From Clytia hemisphaerica (taxonomy: Eukaryota), in contig NW_027104280.1 in NCBI RefSeq assembly GCF_902728285.1, positions 419,995-483,994 on the forward strand: 64,000 nucleotides of DNA. Reading direction: 5' to 3'. Positions 10,401-19,460 of the stretch are shown here, one piece after another. Below the pieces are notes generated by a model, which made no database searches, was not told the DNA's origin, and saw nothing but the letters and a program-made list of their open reading frames with translations. The position numbers were made by a program, and so were the translations under genes. Positions within the stretch are counted from its first letter, which is position 1; every line of letters begins with the position of its first letter.

Positions 10401-13400
10401 CAAGCAGTTTTTGAAATGTTCAAAATCTTATTTTTTGTGTCCTTTTTTTATAGGTCCATAAAACCATTGAAACACACGTCACTGTTACTGGTGGGAGAAG
10501 CCCAGCAAAGAGTCCAAAAAAAGCTGAAAGATTAGATAAAGATTTTTCCCGTCCACCTTCACAAAGTGGCAAACGTCCTCCCTCTAGAGGTCATGTTCGA
10601 GCTCAAAGTACCAGTAAGTATAATAATGCACCACTCCACTAGTATGTTTATCCTTTTTAAGATTCATTCACTAGTGTAAAATCGAAATGTAATGATTATT
10701 ACTAATGGTAATACTAATTCACAATAAACTTTAATTTCATTTTAGCGGACATGTCTGACGAATATGATAAAGAAAATTGTTCAACACCAAGGTATGTTCT
10801 TCTGCCTTCCTTTTTCCTGTATTTGAAATTTTGAACTCAATTGTGCTCGTTTGTGGTGTGCTCAGTTTTTTGTTTACCCATTGGTTAAAAGCAAGCCATT
10901 TTCCATGCAGTTTTGTGTTTTGTGGAATTTCAATTCCATTCATCACCTTGCCTTGTCCTTGTGCCACCGGCAGGTTTTTTGTAAAGTTATCTAAAATGAC
11001 ATTGACACAACCCCTCATTAGTGAATCATGGTTTATTTCAAACTCCATTTTGCAGACCTTTTACTTTGACAAGACATCAACAGCAACAGCCACCACTCCA
11101 ACCAAAACCAGAAAACCATCATTCAAATAACCGTCACCACCATCATCAATCATTTCAACATCCCTCTCCTTCCAAACCACCCATCAACAAGTACGATCGA
11201 ATCACATTGACTGAACGACAAACTGACTGACTGATTTTCACATCTCCCACACATACACACCAACCTCAACGTATACGTAAGACAGTTTATACCTCTTCAG
11301 CTAGTAATGAAATTGTCTTTTTCTTTCAGGGGATTGACAAAACAAATGACCGTTCCAAACCTTTACCCAAACTTGGACAGTATGTTGTAAGTAAAAATGG
11401 TTTTATCTTTGTTTTGTACTAATGTGTAATGTTACACTCTAAATGCTCTACAAGTAAATTTGGAAAAAATTTCTTTGTGAAAATAACCAACCCGTTGATT
11501 TCCCCCTTCTCGTAACCTCTTGTAGTTAATTGTAATTATTTTCACTCTAGGACTCCTGATCCAAAGAAGAAGTTCAACACATTGAACACGCCAAGGTCTG
11601 GCAAAAAGTTGCAAGCTCATCAATTTGTTCCCAAAGTTGCTGTTCGTATGGAATCTTGTGGGACCTGTAAGTAATTCTCATTCATCATCTTGTAATGCAT
11701 TCAATTCAAGAAAGATTGCAAATTTATATCTTATATCAAATTTATAATTTAAGAAATCTTCTAAAAGAATCGAATCTCAAGTCGAACTTCAGATTTTTCA
11801 ATCATTATTGTACATATGATTAGTGCGTAACCACGGAACTCAGAGTGATTTTTCTTTTCAGTTTTTTAATGGAAGATAACTTTTAAAATATTGATAAAAA
11901 AATCGAATTAAAAAGTAGTTTTGTAGTGATTTCGAAATATTTCTACTTATTCTTTTAGTGCAACAAGAAAGTTCGCTTTGGAAGTCACATCAGTAAATGC
12001 AAAGGTATATCTATCTATCTATATTGATCTTTGACCTATTTACTTACTCTTGGCCTATATAAAAGTCGAGATTAAGAGTCTTACTCTTGGAAAATTAGAA
12101 TATTAATCCACCTAGCATCTTTTTTTTCTAGAATGCAAAGCAATGTGTCACAATGAATGTAGAGACAAAGTCCCATTACCATGCATACCCAGTAAGGACA
12201 CGCCAGGGCGTAAACGAGAAGGCGCTATCGAAAGCTACATATCTGGATCAGGTTTACAAGTTCCCAAGATTGTCGTAAGTAACCAAGCCATTTTTACTTT
12301 TTCTTCTTGACCCTTGCAATTGACTGTGAAAAAGAAGTGCGAGTTTTGTATTTGTATCGTTTCGCTTTGTAATTTTACCTCGTCGCTAATCCTTTGAGAT
12401 GCCTTGGAGTTTTTACAAGATACTTCACTAATTGGTCATTTAAAGTGATAGCGTTAAATTTAAAGAAAAAGTAATAAGATTCTTTTATTACATCTTAAAG
12501 ACCAACCAAATCAAATAAGAGCTTGTAAAAACTCTAGCTTGTCCCAATTCTTTGGAGACATTACAATAAGAATTTCGTTGGTTTCTTCTTTTCAGACAAC
12601 ATGTATCGAGGAAGTAGAGAAACGAGGTCTGAGAGAGCTTGGTATTTACCGCGTACCAGGGTAAGTCATCTTATTTTTCTAAACATCAACATTAATGCTA
12701 GTAGGTAATAGTGATAAAAGTTTCTTTCCTTGTAGAGACAAAATGTGAAAAGACGGGATACAGAACAAACAGAATTTAGTATAAATTTTGAAAGACTATC
12801 ATAAATTTGCTACTAAATATTCAAATTTTATGACGATACATTTTTAATTCATAAAAAAGTATAAGAACACTTCGTATTAACTTGTAACGTCTAGAACTTT
12901 CAAATCTGGAAAGATAGGTTTTAAGCCATGTCATGGATCGGTACTTGGGAATAATAAATCAATCAAAAGATCCTTCTCTAGATACCAGGGGGGTGTTTTT
13001 AGACATTTCAAAGGCATTCGATCGGGTGTGGCACGATGGCTTACTCTTTAAACTCAAATCTTATGGGGTGACTGGACCGTTGCTTTCCTTAATTCGCAGC
13101 TTTCTTGACGATAGGCATCAGAGAGTTGTGTTGAATGGGAAAACATCTGAGTGGAAGCGAATCAATGCAGGGGTACCTCAAGGCTCGATTCTTAGTCCAT
13201 TGTTCTTCTTAATTTATATTAATGATCTCCCAGAAAACCTTGAGTCAAAACCCAAGATCTTTGCTGACGATACCTCTTTATTCTCTCTTGTGATTGATCA
13301 ACTCTTGAGCCTTGATGTACTTAACAGAGATCTCTCCAGGATAACTGATTGGGCTCATCAATGGAAGATGTCTTTTAACCCTGACCCATCTAAGCAAGCT

Positions 13401-16268
13401 GTTGAAGTCTATTTTACCTGTAGACTCACTCCTCCTAATGCTCCAGTAATATCCTTTAATAACTCTAATATCGCGACCAGTGAGTACCAGAAACATCTTG
13501 GTTTATTGCCTTTAGTGTCATACTTTGATACGAATGTAGATTATAATTTAAATAACATTTTAATGGTCATTCTGTATATATTTTTCCTGTAAACAATGTC
13601 TAATCTTGGTTTAATCTTAGATTCAAAACTTTCTTTTGATGGCCATCTAGATGAGAAGATACAAAAGGCCAATAAAGGAATTGGTCTTATTAACCGACTT
13701 CGCAAGCATGTGCCTAGGAGATCTCTACTAACCATTTATAATTTTTTTATTAGGCCTCATCTTGATTATGGTGATATCGTATATGACCGCCCAGGAAATG
13801 CTACCTTTGTGCAGAAGTTTGAATCTATTCAATATAATGCCTGCCTTGCTATAACAGGCTGTTTTCGTGGAACGTCTCAAGAAAAACTGTATTCAGAACT
13901 TGGTCTTGAAAGTCTTGCTGACAGGCGCTTTGCTAGAAGAATGACATTCTTCTATGGAATTATTAACAATTTAGCCCCTTCGTATTTACGCAACTACCTG
14001 TCAGTAAGACTTACAGCACCAGGTGGCCTTAGAACAAGAAATCCTATTTATCCTCTTAATATACGAACTGAGCGTTTCCGTAACACTTTTTTTCCGTACT
14101 GCATATCTCAGTGGAATGTTCTGGGAGGTAATATACGAGATCTACCTTCAATTAAAACTTTCAAAAAAGCAATCTATGAATTTTTGAGACCCAAGCAATC
14201 CCATGTTTTTGATGTTCCTGACATTCAAGGAGTAATCTTTCTTAATCGACTTCGGGTCGGTTTCAGCCATCTCAACGAGCATAAATTTAGACATGGCTTC
14301 CGCGACACTTTAGACCCTTTCTGTGGTTGCCGAACTAACTCTGTTGAAAACACTCAACACTTTCTTCTGCACTGCTCTATATATTCCCATGCAAGACAAT
14401 CTTTGTTCGACAAACTTCAGACCCTAGGCATTATTTTTCATCCGCCACTTAACCCTCCTTTTTTCTGTCGGCTTTTATTATATGGGGATGAAAGTTTGAC
14501 TTCAAATATAAATAAATCTAATCTTTGTTCTGTTGTATAATTTCTTATCGAAACTGGAAGGTTTAGCGGTGCTTTATTTTAGGCTTTTACCTAACAACTG
14601 TAGCTTCCTTCTCCAAGATTTTTTTTTCTTTTTTTTTTTCTATTATTTATTTAGTTATTTATTTATTTTTTTACATAGTCTAGTACCTCTGGCGATATAA
14701 CGTTAGTTCCTAGCGGGGGGAGGGACTATATTTTATGTTTAAGTAATGTTTTGTAATATATGTTCCTAGTGTACACGTGGCTTTGTTTCAATAAAGAAAA
14801 AAAAAATCAATTCAGTTTTAATAGCGAGTAGAATGACTTTCTTTTTTTCGCTCAGAATGGACAGAGACGTGAAAGAATTGAAAGAAAAGTTCCTTCGTGG
14901 ACGAAACCCTGATCTTGTAAGTTTTTGTTATTTCCACAATCTTCTATCAATGAGAAAAAGTGTGATGTTGTACCATATTGTTCTTGTTGAGGATTGATTT
15001 TGAACCATTTTGCTCTTTTTTTAGAACAAGATTAACGACATTCATGTGGTTTGTGGCTGCTTGAAAGATTTCTTACGAGGATTGAGTGAACCTCTGGTCA
15101 CATTCACCCTTCATGAATCGTTCATGGTTTCTGCAGGTGAGTCTGACCCTTCAATCTTCATATTGTGTCCTATGATCGTCTCAAATGGAATAGATGCCTC
15201 GGTTCGAATCTTCAGTCCAATTTAGTCTTTACACTTCAAATCTACTGTTGTTTTTTTATTGACTCTTTAAGTAGATCGTCGATGTCCTTACTACTGCAGT
15301 TAGCCTTACTTTCACACGTCGATAACTTTCTTTTAAAGCGCTGACTGATGAAGATGACAGTTTGAGTGGAATGTATCAATGTGTTAGTGAGCTCCCACAA
15401 GCCAACAGAGAAACGTTAGCAGCCATCGTCATCCATCTACAAAAAGTGGCCACTTCTACTGAAACACAAATGTCCGTCTCCAATCTCTCTAAAGTGTTTG
15501 GACCAACCCTTATTGGACATCGTTCGTCCAACCCAACCCACATGGAAATGTTAGATGACACAAAAGCGCAACCTGTTGTATGTTTTTTCGTGTATTTCCA
15601 TTCTTCGTTATTGTTTCTATAGGTGTGTCCTTTGTTAGAGAAGCACTCACGAGAAGAAGTTTTTACATGGTGAAACTTATTTTCAAAATATTGTATTACT
15701 TCGAACAAACGCCCCGGGAATAATTCAATTTTTTTAGTTTTTAGGAGGGGCGTTTATTCGAGGGGGAGCTTAAAGAAGGGTGCGTTTTTTTAGATATTTG
15801 ATTATAATTTGGTTTATTTTTCAGGTTGTCACCCGTCTGTTAGAGATGCCATCGGACTACTGGTCACAGTTGTTGAGCGGAGGACCACACGTTCGAACGC
15901 CTCCTTACAACCCTCACTATGCTTCAGCCACGCCCACTACTCCTGAATGCAAACCTGTTCCCACCTCCCGCTTGGGCGCTATCGATGACATGACTCCAAG
16001 TCGATCCGACCGAAAGTTCAACGCCATGAACCCAAGGTAACCCACTCGCAAACGATTCTTTTGTGATAAAGCCATGGCGTTTATTTAGAAATTTAGAACG
16101 CCACATGTATATAGCCAAACTGTTAGATATAAGAAAGGCGTTTGAAATCCAACTTCACTGTTTTGGATTCACCTTGATATTAAAACTCTATGACTTTATT
16201 CCTTTTTTTCTAGACACGCTTCGTCGAAAGATCCAAAGAGCCATCGATTTTTCAATTCGCCATCCTAA
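7398..16268 (+). CDS. RACGAP1: Rac GTPase-activating protein 1 ortholog (MgcRacGAP/CYK-4/Tumbleweed): N-terminal coiled coil, C1 (DAG/phorbol-type) zinc finger, RhoGAP domain. Multi-exon gene whose first coding exon(s) were not located
   Basis: Spliced translation gives '...QEDSRKKWQHVEEENHEMKKYMAKYK / ASKDTLDIQLNMARHQLDAEIKKRLKAEQSVDHM / ARQLQLIKELL... / HQFVPKVAVRMESCGTCNKKVRFGSHISKCKECKAMCHNECRDKVPLPCIP / ...[76 protein letters not shown]...DEDDSLSGMYQCVSELPQANRETLAAIVIHLQKVATSTETQMSVSNLSKVFGPTLIGH...VVTRLLEMPSDYWSQLL'. This is colinear with human RACGAP1 ([89 protein letters not shown]). Introns are flanked by GT...AG. Confidence 0.85.
7725..7765 (+). CDS. RACGAP1: RACGAP1 exon (ASKDTLDIQLNMA-)
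   Basis: tttcag|gca...gcaag|gtaata. Confidence 0.65.
7934..7994 (+). CDS. RACGAP1: RACGAP1 exon (RHQLDAEIKKRLKAEQSVDHM)
   Basis: atttag|ac...catg|gtaaat; matches human NQVDVEIKRRQRAEAD. Confidence 0.7.
8100..8520. repeat. Copy of a non-coding interspersed repeat family (same family as the tandem array at 60040-61640), located inside a RACGAP1 intron
   Basis: Shared blocks: 'cgttcgt..gtt.ccaactttTCTC.GGAT.GGCTCATTAGTTTTTTCT.ATTTTTGGCACAA.GATGCAAAATGGCAATGCCCAAAATGTGA.GGAGCCC.ATTTTCGAAAAAAA', 'ttcattcaaaaacattattaatagcaatgcccaccatcaag.atgtttcaattttcaataaaattg', 'caggtaggtccattcagcatg'. Confidence 0.7.
8622..8773 (+). CDS. RACGAP1: RACGAP1 exon (ARQLQLIKELLLDKDGSGDTKLVFDKLQQQINDTVGQRVDNEQQADLINQ-)
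   Basis: ttgttag|gct...caaag|gtgata; matches human ERQIQLIREML. Confidence 0.75.
8951..9020 (+). CDS. RACGAP1: RACGAP1 exon (SYTLDESSFDLPASEYDNTEDDIL)
   Basis: atttcag|tta...ttttg|gtatgc. Confidence 0.65.
9554..9607 (+). CDS. RACGAP1: RACGAP1 exon (DLTGGSVLGNGRRRSNKR)
   Basis: ttttcag|gac...aaagg|gtatgc. Confidence 0.6.
9738..9788 (+). CDS. RACGAP1: RACGAP1 exon (GLPTAPPLNEVDSTESE)
   Basis: attctag|ggt...gtgaa|gtaaga. Confidence 0.6.
9964..10005 (+). CDS. RACGAP1: RACGAP1 exon (LSTYQVKKTRVSEE)
   Basis: tttatag|ttg...gaagag|gtaaac. Confidence 0.55.
10162..10230 (+). CDS. RACGAP1: RACGAP1 exon (KPARKFKKKRTRYYVPEEKVYRQ)
   Basis: tttttag|aaa...gacag|gttact. Confidence 0.6.
10454..10613 (+). 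CDS. RACGAP1: RACGAP1 exon (VHKTIETHVTVTGGRSPAKSPKKAERLDKDFSRPPSQSGKRPPSRGHVRAQST)
   Basis: ttttatag|gtc...tacca|gtaagt; matches human [21 protein letters not shown]. Confidence 0.7.
10746..10791 (+). CDS. RACGAP1: RACGAP1 exon (TDMSDEYDKENCSTP-)
   Basis: ttttag|cgg...ccaag|gtatgt; the phase works only with the 10613 donor. Confidence 0.6.
11056..11190 (+). CDS. RACGAP1: RACGAP1 exon (low-complexity Q/P/H-rich linker RPFTLTRHQQQQPPLQPKPENHHSNNRHHHHQSFQHPSPSKPPIN-)
   Basis: ttttgcag|acc...caacaa|gtacga. Confidence 0.55.
11330..11386 (+). CDS. RACGAP1: RACGAP1 exon (KGLTKQMTVPNLYPNLDSM-)
   Basis: tttcag|ggg...atgtt|gtaagt. Confidence 0.55.
11551..11665 (+). CDS. RACGAP1: RACGAP1 exon, first half of the C1 zinc finger (LTPDPKKKFNTLNTPRSGKKLQAHQFVPKVAVRMESCGT)
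   Basis: ctctag|gac...; matches human HDFVSKTVIKPESCVPC. The 3' boundary is non-canonical (see finding). Confidence 0.65.
11959..12004 (+). CDS. RACGAP1: RACGAP1 exon, C1 finger continued (CNKKVRFGSHISKCK-)
   Basis: cttttag|tgcaac...tgcaaag|gtatat; matches human CGKRIKFGKLSLKCRDC. Confidence 0.7.
12132..12274 (+). CDS. RACGAP1: RACGAP1 exon, C1 finger end and linker (ECKAMCHNECRDKVPLPCIPSKDTPGRKREGAIESYISGSGLQVPKIV)
   Basis: ttctag|aat...attgtc|gtaagt; matches human HPECRDRCPLPCIP. Confidence 0.8.
12596..12660 (+). CDS. RACGAP1: RACGAP1 exon, RhoGAP start ([22 protein letters not shown])
   Basis: ttttcag|aca...accagg|gtaagt; matches human [20 protein letters not shown]. Confidence 0.8.
12700..14810 (+). 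mobile_element. 5'-truncated non-LTR retrotransposon (LINE) copy in a RACGAP1 intron: RT domain plus C-terminal region, AATAAA and A-tail at 14793-14808
   Basis: ORFs at 12933-13592 and 13596-14540 carry RT motifs (DISKAFDRVWHDGLLFKL, QGSILSPLFFLIYINDL, FADDTSLFS) and are separated by an in-frame stop; 'caataaagaaaaaaaaaatc' lies at the 3' end. Confidence 0.8.
12933..14540 (+). pseudogene. Reverse transcriptase ORF2 remnant, interrupted by a stop at 13593-13595
   Basis: The two collinear RT-like ORFs in the six-frame track are in the same reading direction and separated by a single stop. Confidence 0.75.
14856..14916 (+). CDS. RACGAP1: RACGAP1 exon, RhoGAP ([20 protein letters not shown])
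   Basis: cgctcag|aat...gatctt|gtaagt; matches human [21 protein letters not shown]. Confidence 0.8.
15025..15136 (+). CDS. RACGAP1: RACGAP1 exon, RhoGAP ([37 protein letters not shown])
   Basis: tttttag|aac...tgcag|gtgagt; matches human [34 protein letters not shown]. Confidence 0.85.
15339..15577 (+). CDS. RACGAP1: RACGAP1 exon, RhoGAP (ALTDEDDSLSGMYQCVSELPQANRETLAAIVIHLQKVATSTETQMSVSNLSKVFGPTLIGHRSSNPTHMEMLDDTKAQPV)
   Basis: tttaaag|cgc...cctgtt|gtatgt; matches human [60 protein letters not shown]. Confidence 0.85.
15825..16036 (+). CDS. RACGAP1: RACGAP1 exon (VVTRLLEMPSDYWSQLLSGGPHVRTPPYNPHYASATPTTPECKPVPTSRLGAIDDMTPSRSDRKFNAMNP-)
   Basis: ttttcag|gtt...cccaag|gtaacc; matches human [17 protein letters not shown]. 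Confidence 0.8.
16214..16268 (+). CDS. RACGAP1: RACGAP1 terminal exon (RHASSKDPKSHRFFNSPS*)
   Basis: tttctag|aca... with stop taa at 16266-16268; the human C-terminus is ...GNFFASPMLK. Confidence 0.65.
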
Positions 16269-16841
16269 AACCTCATTCATCGGATGAAATGAGATGTAGT
16301 GTTGTTTTGTAATTAGAGATAATTAATTAATTTACAAGCTTTATTTTTTATTCGTCATTATTAACCTTATAACTATTTCCATAATTAGAAAATTTTAGTA
16401 CTTATTTTTAAAAGCTTTTGTTAATATATGCAAATTTTTCGAATCGCATTCGAAAAGTCAGTTACCTACGTGGTAACCAACCCTTATATCGCTACAACCG
16501 ACCTTTGTTAAAAACCAATCTTTTTGATTTTATTTGATTAAAATTTCTTATATTTCCTGAGATTATTTAACAAAAATATACTTTAAAAACCAAAAAGTAC
16601 ATTTTATGTCATTTTCTTCATGCCAAAAAGGTTCTCCTCGAAAAATATTTATTTTTCTGAAATGTTGTGTCAACATGGACTATCCCATTCGTTCATTTGG
16701 ATGTTACCGAGATCTCGTCAAGTAAACATTCGAACATGCAGCTGGAGTGTTCTTCAACAATCTCACCAAAATAACTTTTTTTTGGCAAATAAACGAAAAT
16801 GAATTTTAAACTTCAACTCTCTTTAAATTTCACTTCATAAA

Positions 16842-16899
16842 ATGAAGTCGTGTGAAATGAGAATCGTTTTGCTCTTGGTTTTTGTCATCTTCACAGAGG
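16842..16899 (+). CDS. Kazal gene exon 1 (signal peptide)
   Basis: atg at 16842; donor gag g|gtatgt. Confidence 0.65.
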
Positions 16900-18953
16900 G
16901 TATGTTTTTCGATCAAGTTTGGAAGGAAACTTTTAACTAACGAATTGAAACTTCAAGAGTAGAGGATTTGGCTCTGTGGAACACAAAGTTTGTTCAAAAA
17001 TTTTGACAAGCCGTAAATTCAAAGATTGCTTTTGACGGAATAAAATATCATTAACCCTTTCCGGACGAACGTGCCAAGAGGTGGGCCATACTAGTGACCA
17101 AGCTTCAAAGCAATAAATATCGAGATCTAACCTTCCCAAGAGCCCGTTCAGCTACCGTTGGAAAGAGTAGAAAATTAAAAGGAAATTCTTTTTCAAAAAA
17201 TGCATTTCTCTTGTCCGGAAAGGGTTAAAAGGGATGCTTCAAGTTTTCTACAAATTAGAAAATGAAGAAATAAATAAAAGTTTTTTTCTCTATTGGGTCA
17301 GAAATTTCATTTTATACGTTTCCAGATCTGTTTGCATTACTTTAATGGGATAAATTTTCGCGGGGATTAAATTTCGCGGTTGAGCTCATCCGCGAAATTT
17401 TAAGATTTCGCGGGGATTAATTTTCGCGGATGGCACTATTGGGTGTCAATATTTTCACGATTTTGTGACTTTCACTGTCAAATCATACATGTTGGTTGTT
17501 AAAATACACATTATTTGCGCCTCTTTGATGCAAGTAACCATTCGAAAAGTATTTATTTAATATATTTTGAGTTTTTTTAGAAATATTTCGCGGATGGGCC
17601 TTTTTCAAATTTACAATGGGACTTATTTTCGCGGATGACACCCAAATCCGCGAAATCCGCGAAAATTAATCCCCGCGAAAATTTATCCCATTAAAGTAGA
17701 TCTTGCATAAGAATTGGCAGTCCATACATTTGCAAACTTTGTAGAATTTTCTTAAAGTTTGAAAATGAAGATAAAAAGAGAAGATTTTTTCTACTTGACC
17801 AAAAATTTTTGTTATATATACCTTGCCGATTTCATGTATTCAAATATTTTTCATATCTTTATTAGGTTGAAAAGTTACAACCTGTTGCAATAGAGGTCCA
17901 TTTTGACAATTTTTAGCAATTTATTGCCCAGTAGCAGCTTTTTCGGAGGGATGTAACTTTTAATTCAGAAAAGATAATTGAAATCAGCGGGGCTCAAAGT
18001 TTTAGAAAATTATTTGCTAAAAGTTTTAAAATATTTTCATTTTCCTTCTTCTTCATTTTCAAATTTTTAGAAATTTCTTCAAAGCTCTGCATCAATCTAC
18101 TCAAAATTATTTTTTCAGCAAGGTTAGTTAAATATTTTTTCGATCTCACATTACTTGGAGATGTTTAAAAATGTAGGGACTGCCAATCTTTTGGAACAGA
18201 ATTAGAATTCATGTACTGTAGAAAATTCTTTAAGTAATGCTTGAAATTTCATTACAATTTATAAAACATTTTTTCAGCCTCATTACCATGCGGTCCATGT
18301 TCCCATGGCAATGATAAGAGAGCAGTGTGTGGAAGTGACGGGAGGCGTTATTCGGATTTCTGTGCTCTTCAAAAGGTTTCCTGTTTGAAAGGCATTCCGA
18401 TCATGGCGGTCAAAGTTGCAGCAGATGACGAGCTCTGTACAGGTATCTGTTAAGTTTTTCCTACATATTATGCAGTTTGATTCGGAATTGCAGTGATCAA
18501 ATTTTTCTTTTGGAGGCTTTTAAATTAATTTTGGGGAAAGGGGTCGACGTTGCAACGAATTGAATTTCCCACAAACTTTGGGCTCTCAAGTGTTCAAAAT
18601 TCATTGCATCTCAAAAAAGCTAGAAAAATTCTACTCAGGATAAACTCGTACCCAGGGCCTGATTCTTATTTTTTTATAATTTTGATGGTCTTAAGAATCG
18701 ATATGAAAAGCAAATCGTCATAAGGACGAGGTTGTACTAAAAAATGAGTCATGGAGTATATGCCTTTTTCCTTTCGTTTTCTTCAGATTGTAACATCTAC
18801 TGTGGCCCATCTCACCAACCAGTTTGTGGGATCGATAATCGAACTTATATGAACGAATGCGTGTTGAGATTCATGGCTTGTCGAAGCAGAAAAGCCATCT
18901 TTATTCGACATTATGGAAGATGTATTTATACTAGTCCAAGAAGAAACTCATAA
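16842..18953 (+). CDS. Secreted double-Kazal-type serine protease inhibitor-like protein (3 exons: 16842-16899, 18278-18442, 18787-18953)
   Basis: Exon 1 encodes the signal peptide MKSCEMRIVLLLVFVIFTE-. Exon 2 encodes ASLPCGPCSHGNDKRAVCGSDGRRYSDFCALQKVSCLKGIPIMAVKVAADDELCT (Kazal: C..C..CGSDG.Y...C....C). Exon 3 encodes DCNIYCGPSHQPVCGIDNRTYMNECVLRFMACRSRKAIFIRHYGRC (second Kazal). Boundaries are GT-AG and in phase. Confidence 0.75.
17339..17700. mobile_element. MITE (about 360 bp) with perfect 31-bp TIRs 'ctttaatgggataaattttcgcggggattaa', in intron 1 of the Kazal gene
   Basis: 17340-17370 equals the reverse complement of 17662-17697; internal cgcgaaat/ccgcgaaa motifs; no ORF. Confidence 0.8.
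18278..18442 (+). CDS. Kazal gene exon 2 (Kazal domain 1)
   Basis: ttttcag|cct...tacag|gtatct. Confidence 0.75.
18787..18953 (+). CDS. Kazal gene exon 3 (Kazal domain 2, stop)
   Basis: ttcttcag|att...; stop taa at 18951-18953. Confidence 0.75.
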
Positions 18954-19280
18954 ACGACAAAAAAAACTGTTTCTCTTTTAACCTTTGGTATTGAAACGGT
19001 TCTAAATATTGTATGAGCAAGAAACTGTATGAGGTTAGTCCATAATTTGAGGTAGATGATCCATCCTTCCAATAAAAGAACTAATTCTGACGAGTAGCGA
19101 AATTTAAAACCCACTCTTTCACTTTATTAACCCACTTAAAGCATGCCAAACTTAATCTAATAAAATTTGATTGATTGCATAATTTATTCCAAAAAAGAAA
19201 TAAATAATATCGAGATAAAATTCTATTTACAAAAAGGCCAACACCATTCATTTAAAAAAGATCTCTAAAAATTCTCTCCA

Positions 19281-19460
19281 TTAAGCAGACGTTTGAATAA
19301 CAGATTTCGAATTTTCTTTCTCCTGTAACGTGATGAGGGTATTGGAAGATTCGGCGAGTTCAGCGATAGAAATTCGACCACGCTGTTTGATGAATTTCGC
19401 GACGGCTTTCAGCTCTTCTTCAGAAATGAAAATAAACTTTCCCACGATCGTCCATCACCC
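19281..19460 (-). CDS. DDRGK1: DDRGK1 terminal exon (DDRGK motif, stop). It contains an apparent 1-nt frameshift
   Basis: ttcttgcag|gggtgatggacgatcgtgggaaaG tttattttcatttctgaagaagag...; stop taa is the reverse complement of 19281-19283. Confidence 0.7.

Noticed and set aside
12933-14540. Treating the two RT ORFs as a functional gene
   Set aside because: It is 5'-truncated (no endonuclease, no ORF1), interrupted by a stop, and ends in a polyA tail inside a host intron. It is a dead LINE copy.
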